Part shown: positions 8,559 to 18,690 of the stretch, in pieces
How positions within the stretch are numbered: position 1 is the stretch's first letter
How the letters are laid out: each line of letters opens with the position of its first letter
Assembly: GCA_038229495.1 (NCBI GenBank)
Contig: JBBROJ010000009.1
Coordinates: 4,342-68,341 of the forward strand
Reading direction: 5' to 3'
DNA length: 64,000 nucleotides
From: Chthonomonadales bacterium
GTDB lineage: Bacteria > Armatimonadota > Chthonomonadetes > Chthonomonadales > CAJBBX01
Translations under genes and position numbers: made by a program
The notes under the pieces: generated by a model
What the model was told of the DNA's origin: nothing
The model's database searches: none
Seen by the model: the letters and a program-made list of their open reading frames with translations, nothing else

Positions 8559-8836
8559 GCCCCTGTCTCGATCAGTAGAGGCTCAATCAGTAGAGGCTCA
8601 ATTCGTTCGCGGGCCACCATTCGCCGAGCATTTGTAAGGCACGCCTGAATGTCTTCGCGCTGCATCCAGGGCTAGCCTTCAAGAATAGTATCCCATGAAT
8701 CGCCTGCTTCCAGCATGCTAAGTACATGCTCAACAGCGAGTCTGCGTCCACGAATAATCGGCTTTCCGCCAAAAATCGCAGGGTCCACTATGATTCGATC
8801 CAGCAAGGGTGATTCCTCGGCAAACCCGTCATCCAT
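8555..8836 (-). pseudogene. DUF433 antitoxin with an in-frame TAG at 8672-8674
   Basis: DRIIVDPAIFGGKPIIRGRRLAVEHVL...ILEG*PWMQREDIQACL. The frame continues 38 codons to a TGA overlapping the toxin start. A 15-bp tandem duplication lies at 8571-8600. Confidence 0.88.
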
Positions 8837-8941
8837 ATCAGGTCTTCTCCACAAATCGCTATTTGCTAAGCATACACTATCGGAAGCCGACCGTCAACGA
8901 ATCGATGAGATTGCGGCCTACACGCTTTCTATATGCGTTAT

Positions 8942-9172
8942 TCAGCCCACGGTAAACACCGATTCCGGAAAGCCCAGGTGCGCGAGGCGGGCGTTCCAGC
9001 GGTATGGCGGCAGGCTGCCGCCGGACGCCTGATCGTGATCGTGGGCGAAGTGCGCCTCCCCTTCCGGCAGATCGTTGCCGCGAAGGGACTCCAGGACGTT
9101 GATTCCGGGCACGCTGCGAGAAGAGAAGTTGACCCGGCCCGGCAAGTAGCCCTCGTTCTCGACGATGACCAT
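8942..9172 (-). pseudogene. Possible gene remnant or small hypothetical protein
   Basis: 76-codon frame with host-like GC3-rich codons and no recognisable family. Confidence 0.3.
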
Positions 9173-9489
9173 GTATTTGAGCCGCCGCGACCGCCTGAAT
9201 CGCGCTCATAAGCGCCGCGCCGCCGACATTTGTCGTCCGTTGGTCACGGTGAGGAAACGTGTAACCGGCCAGATTGCGTGCGGCTTATTCACGCGAAGAG
9301 TGGCGCACCGCATTCATGGAAACGACGCCGCAGTATTTAGCGGAAGTTGCTCCCTACTCGGGAAATAAGAATAATCCAGGCTAACAGTCCAGAATGCGGC
9401 ATTGAATAGCGGAACGATCCCAATTTTACGCCGGAACCCGTTCGCGAGTACACTCTGTCAACTGAACCCTATCGAAAGGCCAATTCCAA

Positions 9490-10641
9490 GTGAAGCGTTC
9501 TATTTTCTACCTCGGCGTCACGGCATTCGCATCCCTCCTTGTCGTCTCATTCGCAGGCTGCCGGACGTCCATTTCTCCTTCGACCACTCCCCCGCCAAAA
9601 CTCGCTCCAATTGTTATCGCAAAGGCCGCCTCGCCGCCCCCGCGAACAGTCATCAACCTACAGATCGACTTGCAGGAGGTACAACCAAACGAAGTCGGAT
9701 ATATACCGGTCCTCATGTATCACTCCATTGGGGCGGTATCATCCGGGGGCGCGCGCTACGACCGTAACGGTCTCAACATTCCTTCCGAGGCATTCCGCAA
9801 CCAGCTGGAATTGATGCATGACGCAGGCTGGTATCCGATCAACATGCGGGATGCCCTCACCGCGAAAATCGACGTTCCGGCGGGCAAAATACCCGTGGTC
9901 CTGACCTTCGACGACGCGCGCGGATCCCAGTTCTATTACCGCAAGGACGGCTCGATGGACCCCGATTGCGCCGTGGCGATTTTGGAGACGTTTCACGCCG
10001 CACACCCCGATTGGCCGCTGAGGGGCAGCTTCTACATACTGCCGCAATCCAAGTGGAATCCAACGCCGTTTTACCAACCGGGACAGGACGCGAAGAAGCT
10101 CCAATTTCTGGTGACGGAGGGGTTTGAAGTCGCGAATCACTCGACGTCTCACCGGCGCATGGACCGAATGGACGCGCATACCTTGGCGTGGGAGATGGCA
10201 GAATGCATTCGTTACGTTCGGAAACGGGTCCCCGCGGCGACGATGGACACCATGGCGCTGCCGATGGGGTATGTGCCTCGTACAAAAGAGCGTCTCGGCG
10301 TGCTGTTGAAGGGAAGCGACAGCGGAAATGCTTACGAGAATCGATGCATCCTGCGGGCGTGGGGCGGCCCGACTCTCCCGCCAACCCACAAGGATTTCGA
10401 CGCGCGAAAAGTCTTGAGAATCGGCGCGGAGCCGGGCTACATCGACGGCTGGATTAAGCGTTTGAAGCGCGGCGCGGAGATGGAGCCGTTTGTCAGCGAT
10501 GGTGACCCGAATACCGTCACCGTACCGAAACGCGCGGAGAAGCTGCTGGCTCGCAAGCGTCTTGGCGACGTCCGTGTGGTTGTTTATGAAACCGCTCCCG
10601 CGAACGGTCACAAGGCCGTCAAAAAGCTGCCCCATCGCTAA
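9490..10641 (+). CDS. Polysaccharide deacetylase family (CE4-like) lipoprotein
   Basis: Lipobox FAGC, then PVLMYH, VLTFDD and VANHSTSH. Confidence 0.9.
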   Translation: MKRSIFYLGVTAFASLLVVSFAGCRTSISPSTTPPPKLAPIVIAKAASPPPRTVINLQIDLQEVQPNEVGYIPVLMYHSIGAVSSGGARYDRNGLNIPSEAFRNQLELMHDAGWYPINMRDALTAKIDVPAGKIPVVLTFDDARGSQFYYRKDGSMDPDCAVAILETFHAAHPDWPLRGSFYILPQSKWNPTPFYQPGQDAKKLQFLVTEGFEVANHSTSHRRMDRMDAHTLAWEMAECIRYVRKRVPAATMDTMALPMGYVPRTKERLGVLLKGSDSGNAYENRCILRAWGGPTLPPTHKDFDARKVLRIGAEPGYIDGWIKRLKRGAEMEPFVSDGDPNTVTVPKRAEKLLARKRLGDVRVVVYETAPANGHKAVKKLPHR

Positions 10642-10688
10642 TTCCGGCAGTCGGATTCGATGGGCGGGCAGGAGTTCCGGCGGCTTTG

Positions 10689-13034
10689 ATGAATCGTAGC
10701 ATCATGAAGCTTCGAATAATTTTAGCTATTTGCGCGCTCGTCACCTCGCAGGCAATCTCGTCAGCCTTTGCGGACACGCCGGCACGCCCGCCCCAGCAGG
10801 TACGGCGGGCCGTGGAGCGGTCCCTCTCGCTGATGCAGAAGAGCCTCTCCGAATATCCGCGCCACGCGACCTGCTTCTCCTGCCATCATCAGGGCGTGCC
10901 GATGTTCACGCTGGCGCTTGCGCGGTCGCATGGATATGCATCGGCGATAGACAATAATGTTGTGGAGGCCGTGGTCCGGCACACATCCGCCGATCTGCGA
11001 AGCGACCTGGAGGCTTACCGCAAGGGTAAGGGACAGCCGGGCGGCGTCACGCGGGCCGGCTATGCCCTCCTCGCGCTGCAATCCGGCGGTGCAAGCCGTG
11101 ACGAAGTCACCGCGGCCGTCATAGGATTCCTGGCTGACCGCGATAAGGCGCAGGGCTTCTGGCACTCTTCTTCGAACCGCCCGCCATCCGAACTCAGCGC
11201 ATTCACCGACACATTCGTCGCGGCTCGCGCGCTGAAGGCTTTTGGCGAAGATGCTCAGAAGGATGCCGTCAATCAGCGTGTCGAGCGGGCGCGGCAGTGG
11301 CTGGAGCAGACGGCCACGAAGGACACCGAGGATCGCGTGTTCCGGCTCATGGGGCTTGCCGAGGCCGGCGCGGATTCGAAGATTATCGGCAAGGCGTCAA
11401 TAGAGCTTCTGGCTGAACAGCGCTCGGACGGCGGATGGGCGCAGCTGCCGGGCACAGATACAAAGGAGCCGGGCGGGGGATCCGACGCCTACGCAACCGG
11501 CTCGGCGCTCACAGCGCTCCGCATGTCGGGCGGGCTGCCCCCAAACGACGCTGCGTTCCAGCGCGGAATCGCATTTTTGCTGCGCACTCAGCTTCCAGAC
11601 GGTTCGTGGCACGTCGTCAGCCGCAGCAAGCCGTTCCAGCCCTACTTCGAGAGCGGATTCCCGCACGGCAAGGACCAGTTCATCTCGATGGCGGCCAGCG
11701 GATGGGCCACGGCCGCTCTCATTCTTGACAGTCGTCCCGCCGCTCCGGAGAATGCTCAACTGCAACAGTGGCCGCAATTCCGCGGTCCCCGCTCGACCGG
11801 CGTGGGGTCCTCGCCGGGACTACCGACCCGATGGTCTGCAACCGAGAACGTTGCCTGGAAAACTGATATCCCCGGCAAAGGCTGGTCCTCCCCCATCGTG
11901 TGGGGCAACCGGCTGTTCGTAACGTCCGTGGTGAACACCGGCGAATCGGAGCCGCCGAAGAAGGGTCTCTATTTCGGCGGTGAGAGGCCAAAGCCGCCCT
12001 CGACCGAACACTTGTGGAAGTTGATATGTCTTGACGTGAACACCGGAAAAGTAATGTGGGAGCAGACAGCGCACCACGGCGAGCCAAAGACCTCGATTCA
12101 TCTCAAGAATAGCTTCGCCTCGGAGACGCCGGTCACGGATGGGCAGCGGGTCTACGCGCTCTTTGGCAACCTGGGCGTCTTCTGCTACGACCTAAAAGGG
12201 AATGCTGTCTGGTCGAAGCGGTTCGAGCCGCATAAGACCCGCTACGGCTGGGGCACGGCGGCGTCGCCCGTCGTGCACCGGGACCGGCTCTACATCGTGA
12301 GCGACAACGACGAGCAGTCCTATCTCCTGGCGTTGGACAAACATACGGGCAAGGAGATCTGGCGCGTAGATCGAGACGAGAAGAGCAACTGGTCCTCGCC
12401 CTTTATCTGGGAGCACGACGGCAAAGCTGAGATAGTCACCGCAGGCAGCGGCAAGGTCCGCTCATATGATTTGGACGGAAAGCTCCTCTGGTGGCTTACG
12501 GGAATGTCCAGCATCACAATTGCGACTCCGTATGCGGAGAACGGTCTTCTGTATATAAGCTCCGGCTATGTTGGAGACCGCAGCCGGCCCATTTACGCTA
12601 TCCGGCCAGGCGCGACCGGCGATATATCGCTCAAGCCGAGCCAGAGCGGAAACGAGTATATTGCGTGGAGCAAGCCGAGCTCCGGTCCTTACAACCCCAG
12701 CACGCTGCTCTATGACAGCAGGCTCTACGTACTCTACGACGGGGGCATGGTGAGCTGCTTCAAGGCGGATACCGGATCGATGCTCGTGGACCGCGAGCGG
12801 CTGCCGAACGGATTCCATTTCACTTCGTCGCCGTGGGCCTACAACGGGAAGGTGTTCTGCCTAAACGAGGACGGCGTTACCTTCGTCCTGAGCGCCGGCG
12901 ACAAATTCGAAGTCGAGCGCACCAACGCTCTCGCCGACGACGATATGTGCATGGCAACGCCCGCTATCGCCGGAGACCGCCTCATGATTCGCACCTCCGC
13001 GCGAATCTACTGCATCCGGCAGACCGCGCGATAG
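10689..13034 (+). CDS. Secreted fusion of a prenyltransferase/squalene-cyclase-repeat domain (with CxxCH) and a PQQ-like beta-propeller
   Basis: Signal peptide, CFSCHHQ, QW-like repeats QRSDGGW and QLPDGSW, FESGFPHGKDQFIS, then WPQFRGP and WSSPIVWGNRLFV propeller repeats. Start codon is uncertain. Confidence 0.85.
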   Translation: MNRSIMKLRIILAICALVTSQAISSAFADTPARPPQQVRRAVERSLSLMQKSLSEYPRHATCFSCHHQGVPMFTLALARSHGYASAIDNNVVEAVVRHTSADLRSDLEAYRKGKGQPGGVTRAGYALLALQSGGASRDEVTAAVIGFLADRDKAQGFWHSSSNRPPSELSAFTDTFVAARALKAFGEDAQKDAVNQRVERARQWLEQTATKDTEDRVFRLMGLAEAGADSKIIGKASIELLAEQRSDGGWAQLPGTDTKEPGGGSDAYATGSALTALRMSGGLPPNDAAFQRGIAFLLRTQLPDGSWHVVSRSKPFQPYFESGFPHGKDQFISMAASGWATAALILDSRPAAPENAQLQQWPQFRGPRSTGVGSSPGLPTRWSATENVAWKTDIPGKGWSSPIVWGNRLFVTSVVNTGESEPPKKGLYFGGERPKPPSTEHLWKLICLDVNTGKVMWEQTAHHGEPKTSIHLKNSFASETPVTDGQRVYALFGNLGVFCYDLKGNAVWSKRFEPHKTRYGWGTAASPVVHRDRLYIVSDNDEQSYLLALDKHTGKEIWRVDRDEKSNWSSPFIWEHDGKAEIVTAGSGKVRSYDLDGKLLWWLTGMSSITIATPYAENGLLYISSGYVGDRSRPIYAIRPGATGDISLKPSQSGNEYIAWSKPSSGPYNPSTLLYDSRLYVLYDGGMVSCFKADTGSMLVDRERLPNGFHFTSSPWAYNGKVFCLNEDGVTFVLSAGDKFEVERTNALADDDMCMATPAIAGDRLMIRTSARIYCIRQTAR

Positions 13035-13090
13035 CCCCTCTCTATTTGCGTCATGCCGTGCGATTGCGTGTTATGTGAAGGAGAAGCCGC

Positions 13091-14842
13091 TTGTCCCTTT
13101 TCAGCGATGCGCTTGGCGCGCTGGCTGCCCCGATGCAAGGACGAAGCCGCCGAATCTCCAGCAACGAGCAGCCCAACTGGAATGACGGCAACTTCGACAT
13201 GACGCGCCTCGCGCCGGAACAGGTGTTCGAGCTGCCGCGCCTCGAGGGACCGGGCGTCATCAATCACATCTGGTGTACCAGCCACGCGGGCGGCGTCAAT
13301 GAGTTGAACGCCTTGAGCGTGCGAATCTACTGGGACGACCGCGAGCAGCCGGGCGTCGAAGCGCCTCTCGGAGATATTTTCGCGGTCGGGCAGAAGCCGG
13401 CAGTCGTCGAGAGCTTCCCCGTGCAGGTCTCGCCGACTGGCAGCCTCACCTGCTACTGGCGCATGCCGTTCGCAAAATCCGCCCGAATCGTGATTACAAA
13501 CGACAACATGGATCGCTCATCGGGCCTCTATTGGCAGGTCGATTGGGTTCAGCTCGACGCGCTGCCGCCCGACACGCCCTATTTCCATGCGCGCTACCGG
13601 CAGGAGTACCTGGCGGCCATGGGGCGCGACTATCTCATCGCTGAACTTGCCGGCCGGGGTCACTATGTGGGCACGGTGATGACCATCACGGCGGCGCAGG
13701 ACGGGTGGTTCGGCGAGGGCGACGACTTCTTCTATATCGACGGCGAGGAGGTTCCGAGCCTTCAAGGGACCGGCAGCGAAGACTATTTCAACGACGCGTG
13801 GGGGTTCCGGCCACGCACGAGCCTGTGGTTCGGACAGCCGTGCTGGGAGGGATGGAGCGCGGGTGACGGAGGAATCTGCTATCGGTGGCACGTGCTCGAT
13901 CCAGTCCGATTCACGAAGTCACTGAAGGTGACCATGGAGCACAAGGGCAACCATCCGAACTCCGAAGATGCATGGTTCATCGAGAGGCCTGACTTCTTTT
14001 CCAGCGTCGCCTTCTGGTATCAGCATGGCGAGCCCAAGCCCTTTGGACAACTGCCGCCGTGGCCGGAGCGGTGCGTTCCGTGGCAGAATCATTACCTGGT
14101 GCGAGCGTTCAGGCAGGCGGATGCCACAGGCTCGGCGAAACCGGCCGTGCAGACGTTGGGGTTCTTCGGTGGACGCCCGGCGCTATTCTGGCCAAATGCG
14201 GAGCCGGGAGCGCGCCTGACACTGCCCTTCTCGGTCGAGGACGAGGGGCGCTGCGCCGTTCGTCTCGTCGTTTTCAAGGCGCCGGGCTATGGCCAGTTCG
14301 ACATCGAATTGGACGGCAGCACAGTCCTGCCTTCGGTTGACTTTTCCGCGCCGGAGTTCGAGGAGGCCGATCTTCTGCTCGGTACGTATTCCCTGATGGC
14401 GGGAGAGCACACACTTTCGTTCCGGGCAAACTCTGCATCGACCGGCGACGGCGAGGCTCTCCCGGCGCATGCGGGATATCGCGGGTCCGTTCTCCACTAT
14501 CCTACAGCGGATCAGGTCGCCGAAGCGAGTCCCCTGGCGGTCGAAATGCTGCGCCTGCTCAAGCTGCCGCCGGAAGCCGGGCGGGAAGTAAAGGGAGAGA
14601 ACGAGGCGCACTTTAGCCGTCTGGGCATTGGGCGGGCCATCTACGCGTATCGTCTTGCTTATGACGAGTTGCCCAATTCGCTGGAAACGCTGATCGATTC
14701 GGGCATCATGCCTCCCCGCTATCAGAACGATGAGAACGGATTCCCGCTGGGCTCGCGCCTGGAAGACGGTTACTTCGTCGTCGAAAGCACGCGTCCGGGA
14801 GGATGGATGCACCGCTGGCAGGGACTGGATTCGCGGCGGTAG
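13091..14842 (+). CDS. DUF2961 / GH172 glycoside hydrolase with C-terminal extra domains
   Basis: GPGVINHIW, YWRMPFAKSARI, WFGEGDDFFYIDGE, GTGSEDYFNDAWG, YRWHVLDPVRF. Confidence 0.9.
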   Translation: MSLFSDALGALAAPMQGRSRRISSNEQPNWNDGNFDMTRLAPEQVFELPRLEGPGVINHIWCTSHAGGVNELNALSVRIYWDDREQPGVEAPLGDIFAVGQKPAVVESFPVQVSPTGSLTCYWRMPFAKSARIVITNDNMDRSSGLYWQVDWVQLDALPPDTPYFHARYRQEYLAAMGRDYLIAELAGRGHYVGTVMTITAAQDGWFGEGDDFFYIDGEEVPSLQGTGSEDYFNDAWGFRPRTSLWFGQPCWEGWSAGDGGICYRWHVLDPVRFTKSLKVTMEHKGNHPNSEDAWFIERPDFFSSVAFWYQHGEPKPFGQLPPWPERCVPWQNHYLVRAFRQADATGSAKPAVQTLGFFGGRPALFWPNAEPGARLTLPFSVEDEGRCAVRLVVFKAPGYGQFDIELDGSTVLPSVDFSAPEFEEADLLLGTYSLMAGEHTLSFRANSASTGDGEALPAHAGYRGSVLHYPTADQVAEASPLAVEMLRLLKLPPEAGREVKGENEAHFSRLGIGRAIYAYRLAYDELPNSLETLIDSGIMPPRYQNDENGFPLGSRLEDGYFVVESTRPGGWMHRWQGLDSRR

Positions 14843-14849
14843 AGACGAC

Positions 14850-15479
14850 ATGAACGAACGAGAAATCGAACGTCATATCGAGCAGAGTAAAGCGCTTGCG
14901 CGCTGGTTCGGCTTCGCCATCGTTGCGGGCGTGCTGCACTGGCAGCGGCGAAACGGTTTCATAACGCTTTCGTCGGCCTCTTACGCGGGCATTGTAGGCG
15001 GAGCCGTCGCGATAAACCTGCTGCACACGCTCTATCTGTATACTTGCAAGGCATGCTCGCCCCTCTACAAATACCTGACCGTCGGCCTGGACGTACTTCT
15101 TGTCACTGTGCTGATAGCGATGACGGGATATACCCGGAGCCCGTTCTTCTACGTCTACTTCCTCCTGCTCATCTCGAACTGCATGCGCTATGGAATTCTG
15201 ATGAGCATCTATCTTGCTTCGCTCGTAAATGTCTGTTATGCATTTGCGCTCACAATCGCCCCGCCTGCTGAACGAGAGGCAGCGGTGCTCGGCGGCGAGG
15301 GGCTGAAGATTCTCGCGTTCTGGGGAGTAGCTCTGTATGGCGGCGGAATCGCCGCGCGGATGCGGCGGCATCTGCACGAGATTTCGGCGTACGAGGATAC
15401 TATCGCGGAGCTGCGGGCGGACCTTCGAGCACGCGACGAGCAGGGCGCGAATCGGATCGAGAAGGCCGCGGATGGCTGA
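14850..15479 (+). CDS. Multi-pass membrane protein resembling a sensor input domain
   Basis: About 5-6 TM segments, LDVLLVTVLIAMTGYTRSPF motif and a C-terminal coiled coil. The ATG is 8 bp after the upstream stop. Confidence 0.75.
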   Translation: MNEREIERHIEQSKALARWFGFAIVAGVLHWQRRNGFITLSSASYAGIVGGAVAINLLHTLYLYTCKACSPLYKYLTVGLDVLLVTVLIAMTGYTRSPFFYVYFLLLISNCMRYGILMSIYLASLVNVCYAFALTIAPPAEREAAVLGGEGLKILAFWGVALYGGGIAARMRRHLHEISAYEDTIAELRADLRARDEQGANRIEKAADG

Positions 15480-15717
15480 AGACGGGCCGAAGGCGGTAGT
15501 AGACGAACCGGAGCCGATAGTGGACGGCCTGAGGTCCGTCGGCAGCAGAAAGTCGACAGGACTGCCGGCCGCGGCGGGGATGCTGCTTCTTATGGGCGCC
15601 GTCGCGCTCGCTTTCCTGGCCCCGTCCCCTCTCTGGTTCCTGGTGTATCCGCTGCTGATTGTGGGGTCCCTCGCGGGCCTCGCCACGGCGGTCGTCCGGC
15701 TTCTTCGGAACTTCTAA
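15472..15717 (+). CDS. Small two-TM hypothetical protein
   Basis: ATG overlaps the upstream gene end, and the C-terminal half is hydrophobic. Confidence 0.6.
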   Translation: MAEDGPKAVVDEPEPIVDGLRSVGSRKSTGLPAAAGMLLLMGAVALAFLAPSPLWFLVYPLLIVGSLAGLATAVVRLLRNF

Positions 15718-15739
15718 CCGCATACAAACCCTTAACGCC

Positions 15740-15880
15740 GGCCCCTCTTCCCTTCGTAAGGGGAGATGGGAGACACTTTACTTGGCCGGAGGATTCGAGC
15801 CTTCGCAACAGTATATGTAAGTCCTCTCCTTACGAAGAGCCTGTCCTGAGCTTGCCGAAGGAAGGGGGTTGGGAGAGGTT
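15740..15880. repeat. REP-like cluster including composite copy 2
   Basis: CCCCTCTTCCCTTCGTAAGGGGAG near 15742, and CCTCTCCTTACGAAG-AGCCTGTCCTGAGCTTGCCGAAG-GAAGGGGGTTGGGAGAGGTT at 15821-15880. Confidence 0.8.
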
Positions 15881-15910
15881 TCTATACAGTCAGTAACACC
15901 TTCCCAAAGA

Positions 15911-16657
15911 ATGGTTCGGGTTATGCTGAAACTCAAAGGGCTGGCCTTTCGAGGCCTGCTCTACATTGCCACCGGCGCGCTGGTCTATCTGTTCAGGATA
16001 TACGACAGCACCATGGACATCCGCGCGTGGGGCCTGGAGAATCTACGGCTCCTGAAACGGACGGAGGAGCGTCCGCTGCTGGTGCTGTGGCATGGGAAGG
16101 GCTTCCTGCCGATAACCTATTTCCACGCGGAACACCTCTGCCTGTACGCCAGCCACGGTCGCTCGCCCGACTATTCCGGCTGGCGTCTTGCCTCCCGGTT
16201 CCTCACGCTACGGTTCATTGAGCGGATGGGCTATCGCGTACTGGATGCTTCAGAATTCGCGAGCGAATCGCGCGGGGTGCTCCGATTCGTTAAAACACTA
16301 AAGGAGGAGGGCGGCGCTATCGCCGCCGACGGTCCCGGCGGACCCATATTCCAGGCAAAACCCGGCGCCTGTTTTCTCGCAAAGAAGTCCGGCGTCACCT
16401 TGGTCCCGGTCGGAGCGGCGATCTCGAAAGGTGTCCGGCTCGATCAGTGGGATCGATTCGAGATTCCGTCTTTTTTCAGCCGGGGCGTTCTCGTCGTCGA
16501 AGAGCCGATTCGCGTGGAGGCCGGTTGCAGCGACGAGGTAATGGAGCAGGCGCGCATCGAGCTGGAAAAGGCATTGAACCGGGCCAACAAGAGGGCGCAG
16601 GAGCGGCTGGAATCGTGGGGCGGAGTTCGCACTGCGACGAAAGGTATTGGGAGATAG
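15911..16657 (+). CDS. DUF374 / lysophospholipid acyltransferase family protein
   Basis: LVLWHG, AIAADGPGGP, LAKKSG..LVPVG, WDRFEIP. The ORF extension upstream of 15911 lies within a REP. Confidence 0.85.
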   Translation: MVRVMLKLKGLAFRGLLYIATGALVYLFRIYDSTMDIRAWGLENLRLLKRTEERPLLVLWHGKGFLPITYFHAEHLCLYASHGRSPDYSGWRLASRFLTLRFIERMGYRVLDASEFASESRGVLRFVKTLKEEGGAIAADGPGGPIFQAKPGACFLAKKSGVTLVPVGAAISKGVRLDQWDRFEIPSFFSRGVLVVEEPIRVEAGCSDEVMEQARIELEKALNRANKRAQERLESWGGVRTATKGIGR

Positions 16658-16888
16658 TCAGCGCAATCCGGCGGGAATAGACCAATCCGGCGGAAAGGAC
16701 ACGATGGCCAGCCAAACAACGCGGAACCGGATTAAGTTCGGATTGTCATCCGTTCCGCAGCCTTTCCGCTCCGCGTTTCATCGACTATACACGTGCTGAA
16801 TAGGCCTCTGGCCACACTTCTACTCGTCCGTGAGGACGATTGGCCGAAGGCCCTCCAGCGTGTGACATCATTCACTCGGTCCGAGCCG

Positions 16889-17593
16889 TTACGTCCCCAT
16901 ATCGCGAAAGAGGTCAGGGTGCGATGAACCTTCCATGACGGCAACGGGTCTCCGCTTGCGATTGACTGGTCCCTTGTTTTCGCGCCCGTTGCCGGACATA
17001 CGCATCGCTTTGGGAACATTGCGGACCTCATGGCAGCTCCGGCAACGCGCTTCGTAGCTCTCTGCCGCGCCCACGAGGATTGTCGGGTCGTCCCATGCCG
17101 CCGGGCGGCCGTCAATGAGACGCTGTGTCCGACTTGCGTCACGGCCACAGACCTTGCAGATAGCGTGGAGCTTGAGCACGTTTTCGGCGACGGCGAGCAG
17201 GCGCGGCATAAAGCTGAAGGGCAGCCCTCGGAAGTCCTGGTCCAGCCCTGCGGCATATACCGCAACTCCCCGGTCCGCCAACTGGACACAGAGACTAACA
17301 ACCGCTTCGTCGAAGAACTGAACCTCCTCGATTCCCACCACGTCCACGTCTGCCTCGACCAGCGCTTCCATCTGTGCCGAATCGCGCACTGCATAAGCGT
17401 TGAAATGCCATCCGTCATGGGTTCGAATCAATGTCGTATCGCACCTCACGTCTACCGCGCTCTTGAAGACCTGCACCTTCTTGCGCGCGTGCATCGCCCG
17501 CCTGACAAGCCGAATCAACTCCTCCGTCTTGCCGGAGAACATGCTTCCCGTAATTACCGTCAACGAGCCCAACGGCTTCAAGCGCGCGGCCAA
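16889..17593 (-). CDS. tdk: Thymidine kinase
   Basis: [29 protein letters not shown], zinc motifs CKVC and CRSC. Confidence 0.97.
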   Translation of the reverse strand: MAARLKPLGSLTVITGSMFSGKTEELIRLVRRAMHARKKVQVFKSAVDVRCDTTLIRTHDGWHFNAYAVRDSAQMEALVEADVDVVGIEEVQFFDEAVVSLCVQLADRGVAVYAAGLDQDFRGLPFSFMPRLLAVAENVLKLHAICKVCGRDASRTQRLIDGRPAAWDDPTILVGAAESYEARCRSCHEVRNVPKAMRMSGNGRENKGPVNRKRRPVAVMEGSSHPDLFRDMGT

Positions 17594-17606
17594 AATGCAG
17601 TCTCCC

Positions 17607-18506
17607 TTAGTTGGCGAGGTTGTCTTTGAAAAAAGCGAGCGCCTTCTCTTTGTAGAGATTCATGTCGCGCGGATGCACCCAGATATGCCAGGAGCGGGGC
17701 AGAATCACAAGCTCTTTCGGCCCGGCGGCGGCATCATAAAGCGAGCGAGCATCGTCGCGCCGGATGGTGAGATCGTGAGCGCCATGCAGAATCAGCACCG
17801 GCCTGGGCGAGATTCGAGCGATCACGCGCACGGGAGCCACGTCGCGCGGGTGGACAGTCATCCAGAATCGCCTCCCCCACCAGATCGCCCCTCGATGCAG
17901 CATGGGACCGGCAGGCCCGAAGGTAATCCGGCAGCGCTGCGAGATAGCTCTCTCTAGGGTTGCATAGGCCCCATGCGTCGCGACCGCCGCGATTCGGGGG
18001 TCCTCCGCCGCGGCCATAATTGCCACCGCTCCGCCCATCGAGTTGCCGAACGCCCCAAGCTGCAGCCCAGCCATCTCCGATCTGCCCACCATGTAATCGA
18101 CCGCACCGAGAAGATCACGCACTTCGTGACTGCCGATGGTGCAGAGAGCGCCCTCGCTGGAACCCATCGCCCGAAAGTCGAAGAGGAGTACATGCATGCC
18201 CGCGACATGGAGCAGACGGGCGAGCGGAAGCATCTCCTCGCGGCTGGTCGGGAACCCGTGACAGAGTATGACGCCGCCGACGGCCCCGGCAGCATTCCCA
18301 GACGGCAGAAACCAGGCGGAAAGGCGGATGCCGTCCCGTGCTGTGAAGACAACATTCTCCAACGGCAGCGAATCGCCAGCCTTAATCGGAACGGCTCGTC
18401 TACGCTTCGGATGCGTCGCGCGATACGCAAAGGCGAAAGATCCAAGCGCCAATACGGCCCCTGCCGCCAGAACGCCGGGCACGATTCGCCACGATTTGCT
18501 GCCCAT
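17607..18506 (-). CDS. Alpha/beta hydrolase
   Basis: HG motif, [15 protein letters not shown] nucleophile elbow, ILHGAHD and a C-terminal His. Confidence 0.92.
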   Translation of the reverse strand: MGSKSWRIVPGVLAAGAVLALGSFAFAYRATHPKRRRAVPIKAGDSLPLENVVFTARDGIRLSAWFLPSGNAAGAVGGVILCHGFPTSREEMLPLARLLHVAGMHVLLFDFRAMGSSEGALCTIGSHEVRDLLGAVDYMVGRSEMAGLQLGAFGNSMGGAVAIMAAAEDPRIAAVATHGAYATLERAISQRCRITFGPAGPMLHRGAIWWGRRFWMTVHPRDVAPVRVIARISPRPVLILHGAHDLTIRRDDARSLYDAAAGPKELVILPRSWHIWVHPRDMNLYKEKALAFFKDNLAN

Positions 18507-18690
18507 TTGTCACCTCATTCGAATCCGTCATGCTAGTCCGACATTCAGAAGCAGCCCGCTGCAATAGATTCGTAGACTAATATCAAGATTCCTGTGAGGG
18601 GCGCCGAACAGCGAAAGAGCGAGGCAATGGAACTAACAGGGAATCATCAGAGTCTGACAAAGAGAACGAAACGATCGAAGGAGACTCAAA

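Noticed and set aside
8672-8674. Genome-wide TAG reassignment (alternative code or pyrrolysine)
   Set aside because: TAG is the normal stop of gyrA, secA, thyX and rsmH. The two internal TAGs replace different residues (Tyr and probably Glu).
10689-11750. Bona fide squalene-hopene cyclase
   Set aside because: It has a single barrel and a signal peptide, and lacks the DxDD catalytic motif.
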